Positions 49,894 to 62,429 of a stretch of DNA of 64,000 bases are shown piece by piece. The stretch is from NCBI RefSeq assembly GCF_963921235.1, contig NC_086097.1:152770001-152834000 (forward strand), written 5' to 3'. The position numbers and the translations under genes are program-made. Origin of the DNA: Mobula hypostoma (lineage: Eukaryota). Under the pieces are notes generated by a model. The model had not been told where the DNA came from. It saw nothing but the letters and a program-made list of their open reading frames with translations, and ran no database searches. How positions within the stretch are numbered: the first letter of the stretch is position 1; each line of letters opens with the position of its first letter.

Positions 49894-52039
49894 TAGTGCC
49901 TTTGTTCTGCTACTCACTTTAAAATGGTGCCCTCTAATTTATAATGCTTCTCATCCTTCCCATTGAAATGCATCATTTCACACTTCTACCTATTAAAATG
50001 TCATCTGCTGCAACTTTTATTTTTTTGCAATTCTATTACATAATACAGTTCCAATATTTTTGGAAATCTCTATACATACTGTAGCATTATCTGCTGTATT
50101 CCCGTCAACAATCTCAATTATTTCTTCAAAGAAAATCATGCTGGCTCTATCTTTCAACAAATGCCAACTGATTTTATACTTTAGACCCTATTTCTCCAAG
50201 TATCAATTCATTTCTTTCCAGAATATTGACTCCAAAGATTCTGCTTCTAAAACATGTTTATCTTGCATGGTGTTTTGTACAGTGATGGAATATATGCATG
50301 CCTTTAATCTTAGGACAGCACATTTAAATCAAGGATGAATAAAATGAAATAGACTGCATGTCATCACCCTAGGCACAGAATAATGATCACAATAAAATTG
50401 CTCCCAATCCTGACAAAATTTGAAAGTCTCCTGAAATATACTTGTGGACTGAGATCAAAGTTGGAACAGCTGATCCACAGATTTGCCAGGCAACAGCACA
50501 GAAGGATCATCCTTATAGGATCATAGCTGTCAAAGGCTGAATATGTCTTGACCCAGCTGAAAATAGACACTCTAGGGGTGGTAGCACAATTGCATATGGG
50601 CAAGAAAGGGTAGTCTATGGAGTCCACAAGATCGAGTCCAGAGCCCAGGAAGATGGAAAATGTTGGAAAATGTCTTTGATCCTGATGTATCAGTATCTTA
50701 TGCACCTTTTCCTGGTCAAGGCTCCTCCAGTTGCTTACTGTTGCTTATTGTGCCATCACCATTTTAGATCCTACATTCTAAATTATTCCCAGAAAATCCA
50801 CAAAATTTTGTTTTGCATCCATGTAACATTTTTTTTGATGTAACTAAATGTTTGTAATTTTGGTTTATTAATCAGTGAAGGACAGCTGCTCTCCCACTGC
50901 TATAACAGTAATGAATGGTTCTCTCGAACAATAGGATGGACACTTGGACCTCACAATCTTCCTCATTATGACCTTGCACTTTATTACTGACCAGCACTGC
51001 ACTTTTCCTCAAACTGTAAGACTGCTCTGCATGAATTGCATGCCAGACAGTATTTTTATTAACTGTACTTCAGTACATGTGAGAATAATAACCAATTTAG
51101 TAACTTAATTTATTACAATGAATTGTAAGACATTGAGTTCACATGAAACACTGAATTTTTTAACTCCTTCAGGGCTTTGTAAGAAGAGTATGCATTTAAC
51201 TGCCCATGCCTAACTGGCATGGCCTTGAAAAGATGGCCATGAGCTGCCTTCTTGAACCCAGCAGTCTTTGAGATGCAGGCATATCCACACTGGTGCTAGG
51301 GAAAGAATTCCAGGATTCTGACCCATTTTAAGCTATTGTTAATGTTGTTGAATAGGGTCTTGAAATTCTCTAATGAGATTTTAAACTTGTTCAATCAGTG
51401 TGAGGTAGGTGAATACTTTTTTAATTCGCCGTCCATGATTTGGCATAATATTGACAATTTGTTCCCATCTTGCACCTTGTGAGAATAGTCTCTTTCAAGT
51501 AGATGAGACATACCTTAAAATACTGAGTGATATTATCAGCAATGTAATACAAAATAGACTATACTGATTATGACGTTCAAACACAGCACTGACACCCAAT
51601 TCTTCCCCTGGCCCTTGGTAAATTTACTGTTAATCAACAGAGTAGCTGTTTTTTAAAAAAATCTTTATTTAGAGCTATCACACAGGGTTCCAAGGTTACT
51701 CTACTCTGACAGTCCATTCTTTCCTTGCTAGTCTAAGTTTAAAGTTGGAGAGAAAAGAATTAAAGGAACTAGGCCTGACAGGTCTCAATGGCAGCAATTT
51801 TCAAGCTGCCCTGAAAATGCTACAATTTAAGATTGAAGTTCTGACGTCTTTGTCTCTAATTTTCTCCCTCATCTCTTTCAAGGCACCATTTAAGCTAGGC
51901 ATATGTTGTGCACCACCAACTGCACTGATAGAAGTGCTGTTGCAACTACATTTGAGATAAATGAATGGTTTATTCAACCGGACTATTGAGGGTCTGGAAT
52001 ATGGAGAGGCTTGAGCAAGTATTGATGGCAGATTTATTT

Positions 52040-53716
52040 CCTGCTGTACTCGTTTTACACTTATGACTGTGTGGCTAAGCACAGCTTTAGTGCCAGACTT
52101 AAGTTTGCTGATGACACCACTGCCATGCGCCAAATCAATGGTGATGTTGAATCAGCATATAGGAGGGAGAATGAAAATTTATCTGAGTGGTGCCTTCAAC
52201 TTCAACTTCTTACTTAATGTCAGCAAGACCACAGAGCTGATTATTGACTTCAGGAGAAGGAACCCAGAGGTCCATGAGCCAGTCCTCATCAGTGGATGAG
52301 AGGTGGGTAAGGATCAGCAATTTTAAATTCTTCAGTGTTATTATTTTGGAGGACCTGTCCTGGGCCAAGTACATAAGCGGGAGACCATTTCGCTGAACAC
52401 CTACGCTCTGTCCGCTAGAGAAAGCAGGATCTCCCAGTAGCCGCACATTTTAATTCCACATCCCATTCCCATTCTGATATGTCTATCCACGGCCTCCTCT
52501 ACTGTCAAGATGAAGCCACACTCAGGTTAGAGGAACAACACCTTATATTCCGTCTGGGTAGCCTCCAACCTGATGGCCTGAACATTGACTTCTCTATCTT
52601 CTATTAGTGTCCCACCTCCCCTTCGTACCCCATCCCTTATTTATTTGTTTATTTATTTATTATTTTCTCTCTCCTTTTTCTCCCTCTGTCCCTCTCACTA
52701 TACTCCTTGCCCATCCTCTGAGCTTCCCCCCTCCCCCTTTCTTTCTCCCTAGGCCTCCCGTCCATCCCATGATCCTCTCATATCCCTTTTGCCAATCAAC
52801 TTCCCAGCTCATAGCTCCATCCCTCCCCCTCCTGTCTTCTCCTATCATTTCAGATCTCCCCTTCTCCCTCCCACTTTCAAATCTCTTACTATCTCTTCTT
52901 TCAGTTAGTCCTGACAGAGGGTCTTGGCCTGAAAAGGCGACAGTACCTCTTCCTATAGATGTTGCCTGGCCTGCTGTGTTCACCAGCATTTTTTGTGTGT
53001 GTTGCTTGAAATTCCAGCATCTGCAGATTTCCTCGTGTAAACACAATTACAAAGAAAACACTGCAGCACCTCTACTTTTTTAGAAGTTTACAAAGATTCT
53101 ACATGACATCTGAAGCTTCGACAAACTTCTATAGATGTGTCGTGGAAAGTATATTTACTGGCTGCATCAGTGCCTGGTATGGAAACATTAACGACCTTAA
53201 ACAGAAAATCCTATGTAAAGTAGTGGGTAAGGCGCATTCGATCACAAGTAAAACCATCCCCACCATCGATCTCATCTACACAGAGCATTGTCGCAGCATA
53301 GTAGCACCCATCATCAGGGATCACCGCCACCCAGATCATGTTCTCTTCTTGCTCAGGAAGTAGGTACAGGAACCTTAGGACTCACACCACCAGATTCAGG
53401 AACAGTTATTACCCACTGAACCAGAGGAGATAACATCACTTAAATACACTTGCCCCATCACTAAACTGGTCCAACAACATATAGACTCACTTTTAAGGGC
53501 ACTTCATCTCATGTTCTTGATACTTATTTTTTTCTTTTTTATTTGCACAATTTGTTGCCTTTGACACACTTGTTGTCTGTTCTGTTGGGTGTGGACTTCC
53601 ACTGCTCTATTATGGTCATTGGATTTAACGAGTATGCCCACTAGAAAATGAATCTCAGTGTTGTATATGGTGACATATGTACTTTGTAAATAAATTTACT
53701 TTGACCCTTGAACTTT
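52040..53716 (+). mobile_element. Rex1/Babar/L2-type LINE RT remnant interrupted by a Penelope element
   Basis: KFADDTT, LNVSKTTELIIDFRR, NFYRCVVESIFTGCISAWYG; tail aataaatttactttgacc. Confidence 0.9.
52378..53040 (+). mobile_element. Penelope-like element, 5'-truncated (GIY-YIG C-terminus + pseudo-LTR)
   Basis: GDHFAEHLRSVR*RKQDLPVAAHFNSTSHSHSDM..RLEEQHLIFRLGSLQPDGLNIDFS; decayed hammerhead motif tagtcctgacagagggtcttggcctgaaa at ~52906-52943. Confidence 0.9.
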
Positions 53717-55309
53717 GAATGAATCCATTTTTACAACAATACAGATTTCCATGGTCACTATTTTTCAAGATTTTTTAATGTCATTTCCAGTACACAAGTG
53801 CAAAGAAGAACAAAATTATTATTACTTCAGATCTGGTACAGCACCAAGAGAAGCAGATAAAGAAAACAATAATAAAAAAAACACAAAAGCTATAAATACA
53901 CAGGTCAGCTCATATTCATCGATTGATTGTATGTACATAAGGTGATGCTGGGCTCAGGAGTGCCTGTACATAATGTGACTCTGAAAGGAATTGATAAAGT
54001 ATTGGTGGGGTGGGTTGGAAGGTAGAGGTGTTGATCAGACTTACTGCTTGGGGAAAGTAATCGTTTTTGAGTTCTTTAAAATCCAGATTTAGTTAATTAA
54101 TTAACACATTTTAAGGTTCCCTTGGAGAGATTTGTATTCACAAATCATTAGTCCTCTGGATGTTAAACAGTACCTGAAAAATTCCACACTTGCACATGGG
54201 AATATCATGGTTTCAGTATTCAAATTAGTTGCAAATATATTGGCATTTAATGAGAAAGGCAGGGATATGCTCGTCATAGACAAACCTACCATATCTCTGC
54301 TACCTGCTCTGCCTTTAGAGACTGTTCGCATCTGAAAATTGATTGGCATTTTTTGATGAGGATTGATTAAAAAGATTTTTTAAAAATCCACTGCAGCTGT
54401 GCTCAGCAAGGACTACCATCAGAAAATTTCATTCTGTATAAAAGATGTGTCAATGATGTCATTCCACAGATTCCCGAGTCCTGAATCCCATTTGGAAATT
54501 GATCTTTGTGCTGCTTGGTGTCTAAAAAGAGAAAATGTAAATTCAGAAACAAGCAGGGATATTATGAATCTTGTTGGTTACCGTGGTGATGCACCATCGT
54601 GCCTACTAGTAAAAACAGCAGTACACTTGTCAATGGAGCAGAGCAGTATGGTTACAGTCATTTTTCACAGGTAGCTATAATTGCCCTGTGACATATACAA
54701 TGGCTCAGTTAATGGCTTAGACACGTGAAAGAGATAAAGTATTACTCCACCATCTGGGTAGTAAGTGCACAATCTATTCTTGAACCTGACAAGGCTCATC
54801 CTGCAATGGATCACACTGCTACCTTCACTTTTAAAGGAAGGCCTACTCTTACCATTCTGCAATCAGTATATTGTCATTTATATGCTTCTCATTGCAGTAC
54901 AGATTGCTGGATTCAGCTGTCTTTCTGGCTGAGAACAGAAATTGAAACTAATGTTTTCCACTCTGTCCCACAGATTGTTCTACTTAAACGCTTTGAAATT
55001 GTACATTGTGATGAAAGCTTTAAAGCATTCATTATATTATATCTCGCTTCCCGAAACACATGGTCTCTATTTTCAATGCCAGCTTCCTGGATCGCTGCAG
55101 CATTTCCTTCCTCCTCCAGTACTGTTCTTCGTGCCAAAAATCCGAATTCATGCATTTCGCACCTTACAGTCAAATGTTAGCAACATTCTGCACCTGAGCT
55201 GCAACTCATTATTTGATTCCATTCAAATAGCTCTTACATTCTTCTTGTCAGTTCCAAACTCCAGTTCTGAACTCCAGCAGATTAATTTTAAAAATTGGTT
55301 ATTGTTGGA

Positions 55310-55620
55310 GTCATAGAGAGGTACAATATAGAAACAGGCCTTCATACCCACTAACTCCATACAAACCCATTCACACAAACACTACATTAATCCCATTTTT
55401 ATTCCCTTTACATTCTCATTAACTCCTTCCAGATTCTACCACTTAGTTACATACTAGAGGAAATTATACATAATTTGGTAATAAACATACTTTGAACTTT
55501 GAACTTACAGTGTTCAATTAACCTGCTAACCTGCATATCTTTGGGATGTGAAAGGAAATTGGAATACCCAAAGGAAACCCCTGCAGTGACATAATCTACA
55601 CAGGCAGCAGCTGAGGTCTG
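55310..55620 (-). mobile_element. Degenerate HE1-like V-SINE
   Basis: caattaacctgctaacctgcatatctttgggatgtg...ggaaaccc with a CR1-type tail (tagaaacaggcc). Confidence 0.6.
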
Positions 55621-56030
55621 TGCCTCTGTCTCGACCAGCTGAACGACCCGAATTGATTTAATTAGTTACATTCAATCAAATGTAGAGAGAGCGCTAACAG
55701 CAACATGAATGCTCAAGTAATAAAGAATGTGTGTCAGAGTCTTAAATCCAAAGGTGATCCCGGACTGGTGAGGTTTGCCCCAGATCTCTTCATAGATTAG
55801 CACGAGTTTTGTGATCATTGCCAACTAGCAGTGCACTGGCCTACAATCGTGTGCTTGTATGTTAAATCATACCATGCAGAATGGGTAGAGAAAGGCAGTT
55901 CCAATTCTTAAAAAGGATATCAAATTAGATCAAGGAAAAATGGATCTATTGTATTAACTTCAGTTATTTTCTCTTTGTATTTTATACATTCCTGACCATG
56001 GAAGCTTTGTGACTGGTTATCAAATCCAGA

Positions 56031-57472
56031 CTCTATACTATCCTTTGACCTTAGCAGTCACATACATAAAGGTACAGATTGGAATGTTTCAACAGTAAAC
56101 CCAACCATCATCCTCAGGCACAACTTAGTCAAATGACAAGTCCCCCACAGCCACCTCCCTATTTATCCTTTTGCATGAGAGGACATGGGCAGGGCTTGTT
56201 GCTCGATCCTGATTGGCTGGATCTGAATTGCCTATTCCTGATTGGTTAGTTTGCATTGGCCTTGTTCTGACTGGTTGATTTTCAGGCCAAACCCTCTTCA
56301 GCAGTGTGTGGACCTCAGCTGGAGCAACCTCTATACTCTTAGCCATAATATCTAAAAATGACACATTTATCCATAGGCAGTAAGTATGGGAGGCATTTTT
56401 AACATATTTAAGCAATCAGAACAAGGCCATACAGTTTATTTTGGAGGTAAAATGTGAGGTTACTTTGCCATTTTTAGATGTTATGGTAAACATCTGGCAT
56501 TGGGTGTTTACAAGAAGAAGACTCACACAGACCAGTGCCTGAATTTCCAGTCAAATCACCCAGAGAAGATAATACTTGGCATTGTTCAAGGCAAGGCACT
56601 AAAAGTAAATTTCTCATGCACAACCAGAGATGAAAAGGAAGAATAGTGCAAGAAGATCGGAGAAGTGTTTAAGAAAAATGGCTACCCTATGTACATAACT
56701 GAGAAAGGAATGAAGTGCAACACAACATTACAACAAAGACAACCTGCAGATAGAACGGTTAGTGTGCCATACAGTGGCAACCTAACTGAAAAGCTAAGAC
56801 GAATTTGTCAAAAGTGTGGTATCCATTTAATAGCAAAAAGTGAGGACACAATTGGAAAAGGGCTAAGTAAATTGGCACCTAGAAGACCTAAAGAACTGTG
56901 TCACAAAGTTGTGTGCTCCATACATCTATCACCATGTCAAGACATAAATACCATTGAGAATGGAGGGCCATTGAAGACCAGGATAGCAGAACATAAAAGT
57001 GCCTTAAACTACTTGGGAGCAGAACAAAGTGGAATCGCTGAACACTGCCTATCATGTTCGTGCAGACCAAGGTTTGATGAGGCCAACATCCCTTGCAAGG
57101 AAGATAATGCCTATAAGAGAAAGATTAAAGGTGCTGTATGTGGGAGACCTAAATGTAGATTCTAGGAGTGTAGAGATCTCGCCAGTCTGGGAGCGAACAT
57201 CCCTAAAAAGGGTTCGGCCTAATAAATTAACAAATCAGAATAAGATCAATACAGACTAACCAATCAGGAACAGGTAATTCAGATCCAGCCAATCAGGATT
57301 GAGCATAAAGCTCCAACCATGTCCTGCTCACTCAAGAAGGTATATAAGGAGGTGTCTCTGGGGGTACATGTGACTTGACTAATTTGCGCCTGAGGAAGAT
57401 GGTTGGGTTTACTGTTGGTATATTGTAATTAGTATCAGTAAATACGTGACTGTTCAGGGTAAAGAGAGTATG
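56031..57472 (+). mobile_element. Penelope-like element with inverted (tail-to-tail) pseudo-LTRs
   Basis: RT C-terminus (IQFILE..LPFLDV, VYKKKTHTDQCLNFQSNHP, FKKNGYP) and GIY-YIG remnant (LKTRIAEHK..SGIAEH); 56031-56342 is the inverted counterpart of 57162-57472. Confidence 0.9.
57260..57347 (+). promoter_or_regulatory. Putative pseudo-LTR promoter: two CCAAT boxes + TATA
   Basis: CCAATCAGGA at 57260 and 57289, TATATAA at 57341; both CCAAT boxes are kept in the inverted copy (tcctgattgg at ~56207 and ~56236). Confidence 0.5.
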
Positions 57473-58286
57473 GTTAGGTTAGATGTTCCTGTAAAATATA
57501 AGATTAGTTTTTCCATCTTTGCCATTTGGCAATAATCCAGTGGTGTGATCTCCCACTAATAGAATCCATAAGATTTCCTTTTGTTTATATCAACAGGATA
57601 TTACTATGAATTCAGTTTAAAGGTCTTCAAGTTCAAGTGTTTCTCTCTCCACAGATGCAGTCTGACCTGTTGCATTTTCCAGTAGTTCTTCTGTTATTTC
57701 AGATTTCTATATTCCAATATTTTAAATGAAATAAAAAAATCTAAAATATCAAGTGAACTAGATCATTAATTTAGCATCTACAATATTTTGTATTATTGCT
57801 TCCACATTTGTCCATCTAGTTTGTGGAAATATAAATTTGACCTTCTGTTTATAAACACAGGAATTGACCTGAAACCAAAAAATGTTGGAAATACTCAACA
57901 GTTCAGCCAGCAATTCAGCTCTAAGACAAAGAAGCAATAGTTCAGATTGTTTACACTTTGGGAAAAAACAAGGAAAAGTTTCCAAAATCTTTTAAGTTGC
58001 TGAGAAAATGAGCAAAACAAAAGATAATGTTCATGATAGAGTGGAGACTCGAGGCAGCCTAAATGACACAACTGATGGTGGTGTAGCTGAGAGAAGGGGG
58101 TGAAGATATGTGAGGTCATCCAGCATCTTTAAGTTTTAAAATAAACAAAGTCTATTGATTATAAATTAGTTAATTCAATGTTGTATCCTGGTCTACAACA
58201 TGCCTAGTAGGGTGGGGTGAGAAGCTGATTCTCAAACTTTCCATAGATTTCATGGAAGCCATATAAAAGACCAAAGATGGGAGGAT

Positions 58287-59684
58287 GATGGCACCTAATG
58301 GCGACTCCCACGCTTGCATCTTCAGAAACAACCCTATTTCTATCTTTGATATCTCTTTTTTTTTCCTTTTAAAGGTGATTTTCAAGAACCTGATATGGAG
58401 TTACACCTTGAATTTGGTTCTTTGCGGAAATGGGACCTGCCCTCGGGGTCTCATGACTGGCCACTTTTCAATATGCCAAAGATGCAACCTGGAAGACTAG
58501 CGTGCCTTCAGTGTGCTGGATTTTCTTGGCTCTGGAGGCGGGCAGACTCAAGGCTGGTGCCACTGCCTGATGTATCATGGGAGGTGGAAGATCATAAGCA
58601 GCGAGCTGGCTGTGTGCCCAGAGACCCGAGTTCTTTGGGCACAACAGCGACGCAACAGACTTTTAACGCCATAAATCAGTGACTTGCTTTGTTCTGTCTC
58701 ACCAGTTGCTGTGAAACAGGGACACCTCTTTTTCCCTTAGTAGGGAGAGGCAGAGCCTGTGGGTTGTCAAATACCAGGTGAACGAGTAGTCTTTGGGGTA
58801 CTGCAAGACTATATCTTTATTGATGCTTTGCTGCACACCTGGGTGGGTGGAGCTAAGGAGCTAATGGTGCCTAACGGCGACTCTTTTGCTTGCATCTTCG
58901 TTATCAGATCTATTTCTATCGTTAATATCTCTATTTTTCCCTTTCGTGGTTCTTTTGAAGACCCTGACCTGGAGTTACACGCTGACTTCGGTTCTTTGTG
59001 GAAATGAGACTCGCTCTCGGGGTCTCACAAATAGTCGTTATTCGAGATAGCAAGGATGTGGCCTAGAAGATTAGCTCACCTTTGGAGTACCGGGATTTCA
59101 TGGCTCTGGAGACAGATGGACTTGTGGTCGGTGTCTGTGCAGGGAATCGGTGTGTCATGGGAGACAGAAGATTGAAAGCAGCAAGCTGACTGCTGGCTGT
59201 TGCTTGTGTGCCCAGAGACCTGAGTTCTTTGGGCACAGAGCTCAGAAAAAGTGACACAACGGACTTCTAATATTGTAAATCAGCGAGTTGTTTGTTATGT
59301 CTCCCCTCTTGCTATGAAACAGAGACAGTTCTTTTTCCCTTATTAGGGAGAGAGAAAGCCTGTGGTGTGTCGAATTACCAGGTGAATGAGTAGTCTTTGG
59401 GGTACTGCAAGTCTGTGTCTTTACTCATGCTTTGGTGCATACGTGAGTGCTCAGTGGGGGGTCCCGATGCTTTTTTGCTGGTGGGGAGGGGGGCTCGTTG
59501 CTTTGCTGCTGCTTATGTGTGGGACTGGGGAGCTGGAGGAGGGTGCATTGGAGTCCTAACATTTAACTGTCATTCATTCTTTGGGGCACTCCGCTGTCTT
59601 CCTGGATGTTTGTAAAGAAAAAGAATTTCAGAATGTATATTGTATACATTTCTCTGACATTAAATGTACTTTTGAAACCTATTG
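58287..59684 (+). mobile_element. Dimeric non-coding retroposon (two diverged ~570-bp heads, one LINE-type tail)
   Basis: gatggcacctaatggcgactc (58287) and atggtgcctaacggcgactc (58864) start colinear, diverged units; ends gacattaaatgtacttttgaacctattga. Confidence 0.75.
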
Positions 59685-60059
59685 AGATGGAGAATATAAG
59701 AAATGAAAGTAGAAATGAGCCATTCTGCCCCTTATTGCTGGTTGGCCATTAAATAAGATCATGGCTGATAATTATCCTCTGTATTTTCTTTTACTAACTC
59801 CATATCTGTTGATTCATATCACTTCAAAATAACAGTTACTTTTAATATAATCAGTGAATGACCATCCAAAGACCTCTTGAGCACAGAATGTCAACGATTG
59901 ACTGCGCCTGAAGTGATGAATTCTTTAGCCGTCTTAATCCTGAATAGATGATCACTTATTTTGAGACTGTGACCCTTGATCTAACCAATCTAGTTAGGGA
60001 AAACATCAACACTGAATTTAACCAGTCAAGCTCTATCAATATATTACACCCTTCAATGA

Positions 60060-60196
60060 CAAACAAGAGAAAATCTGCAGATGCTGGAATTCCAAGCAGA
60101 GCACACAAAATGCTGGAAGATCACAGCAGGGTGGGCAGCATCTGTAGAAAAGAGTACATTACAGATGACGTTTCGGGCCAATACCCTTCAGCAGGA
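60060..60196 (-). mobile_element. Penelope pseudo-LTR tail with hammerhead motif
   Basis: Minus strand tc-CTGCTGA-a-gggtattggccc-GAAA-cg-TC-atctg, followed by the usual pLTR tail. Confidence 0.8.
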
Positions 60197-60869
60197 TATT
60201 ATCCCTCATTTCCTATGCGTTATATGCTAAGTGAACTCTCGTTATTACTTTCAAATGTGGGTCACCAAAACCTTGGGATTAATCAACTTTGCATCCAATA
60301 AGTATTTTCAATACATTTTTAAAAGATGTTTACTTCTTTTAATTCTGTGTCCGATGTTTCTGTGTTTTCTTCTGGTGAAGACAGATAGACAATGTTTGTT
60401 TAATTTCTTGGCCATTTCCCAATTCCCAGTGCAATTTCTTCTGCCTCAGTCTGATTGACCTGCATTAACTTCTGCTAATCTTCTCCTCTTCACATATCTA
60501 TTATGATAGATTTTGGCATTTATTTGCTTGATTACTTTCATGTTCTATTTCTTCTTTCCCAATCCTTCGGCTTTTTTTTTTCTTTTGGGAAATCTTACAT
60601 TGATTTCTTTTGATCTAATGCTATATTTAACTTCCTTTGTTATACATAATTGTACCACTTCTGTTGGATTTTTGCATCTTAACAGGATATATTCATTGAA
60701 TGCTACTGATCAGTTATTCAAAAGTTAGCTACTGCTAGTGCAACACTACACCCTTTGATGTAGTTTTCTAGTTTACCATTACCATCTCCTGTGGCATAGC
60801 CACCCTGTATTTGATTTAACTCTCGGTCTCAGATAAAAATGAACCAATTTCGATTTTAATTTTGTGATC

Positions 60870-61292
60870 ATTCTGACTGGTTGCATTGGAGTCTGGTATG
60901 GTGGCCTCCAATTGCAACGGTCTGCAAAGGATTTTAAATTCACCCAGCTCCATCATGAGCCCCGCTATCAAGAACATCTTCAACAGCTGCTCCTTCAAGA
61001 AGACAGTATCCATCATTAAGGTCCCTCAGCAACTGGCAGATGCCCTCTTTGTGTTATTACCATCAGGGAGGAGGTACAAAAGTCTGAAAATTAACACAGC
61101 ATGATTTAACAACAGCTTCTTCCCCTGTCATCAGATTTCCAACAGCATATGAGCATTACCTTATTCTTTCTTTCCATAATTACACATTTTTGTAATTTAC
61201 AGTAATTTTATGCCTTTGCACTTTGCTGCTGCTGCAAAATAATAAATGTCATCTTGTATAAGTCAGTGATATTAAACCCGATTCTGATTCTG
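60870..61292 (+). mobile_element. Rex1/L2-type LINE 3' fragment
   Basis: LQRILN..ALFVLLPSGRRYKSLK; tail attaaacccgattctgattctg. Confidence 0.8.
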
Positions 61293-62059
61293 TCAAAGTA
61301 TGATCACTCTTCCAATAGGCTCCCTAATTGTTGGATTTAAATTAACCTTTTATCGTTGCAAAATTCCAGATCTGAAGTAACGTGTTCCCAGGGACACAAG
61401 TACTTCATAATTCTAAAATGTTAACGTCATCCCACAACCACTCTGTTCATCTGTTTCTAATGTTTCCTATAACCTTAAAACATGTGTTTTAAGTATCATT
61501 CTTATAAATGCCTCTATATCTAATCAGTAACACTTTGACCAGATTATAAGAGCCATTTAAAGTGTGGTGTAAGAAATAAATTTGAGCATAAATTCCATGT
61601 TTTCCAACTGTGCGATTCTATTTTCCTAGAAAAAATACAAATAATTAAAACTTTGAAGATACAACCTATGTTGAAAATAAACAAGGTCATTGGTCTGAAA
61701 TGTTAATTTTGTTTCTCTTTTCATTGATGCTGCTTGAGTTTTCCAGCCTTTTCTATTTTTGATCTGTGTCATCTGTAATAATTTCTTTTCAAAGAAAATG
61801 TAATGCTTCTAAGAAAACAGATTGGTTTTGTGCATTCATTACTTCATTTTCAGCAATTCTCTTTTTAAGGATACCACTAAAGCAATACTACTTTCTGTGT
61901 TAGCAACGTAATCTTGCTTAAAAACAAATCCAAGGAGTATCTGAGAGTCTTTGCTATATCTAAGAAGGAGAAACACTAAGTTAGTCTTTCCAGTTGATGA
62001 TGCACCATCAAGAAGTGTTAACTCTTCATCTGTGGAATATACACAAAATGAGTGTTTTC

Positions 62060-62320
62060 AGATTTTTGGCCCTTCAAGCTGCATTGCCAGCAAACCCTGA
62101 CAACCCCAATTTAACCCTAACCTATTCACAGGACAATTTGCAATGGCCAGCTAACCTATCTGGTGCATCTTTGGACAGTGGGACGAAGCTGGAGGACCAG
62201 AAGGAATCCTACAGGGAGGATATATAGAGGCACCTGACAGAGGACTCCAGGATTGAACTGTGCACTCAGTGTCCTGAGCTGTAAAAGTGTCACACTAACG
62301 ACTACACAACAGTGGCACCC
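62060..62320 (-). mobile_element. Degenerate HE1-like V-SINE
   Basis: ggacaatttgcaatggccagctaacc...tctttggacagtgggacgaagctggag...ggattgaac. Confidence 0.6.
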
Positions 62321-62429
62321 CATCTATCTACCTCACACCACTTTCCTACATTCTTGTTATTGCCAGGCTAAAAGGAGATGTTCATTTTTCAGGATTATAT
62401 CATCACAAGCAATATTGTCAGTTATTGCT

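Noticed and set aside
50364..50705. 113-aa minus-strand ORF in non-repeat DNA
   Set aside because: No recognisable domain or convincing splice context.
52607..53083. 158-aa ORF after the GIY-YIG remnant
   Set aside because: Read-through of a low-complexity pseudo-LTR.
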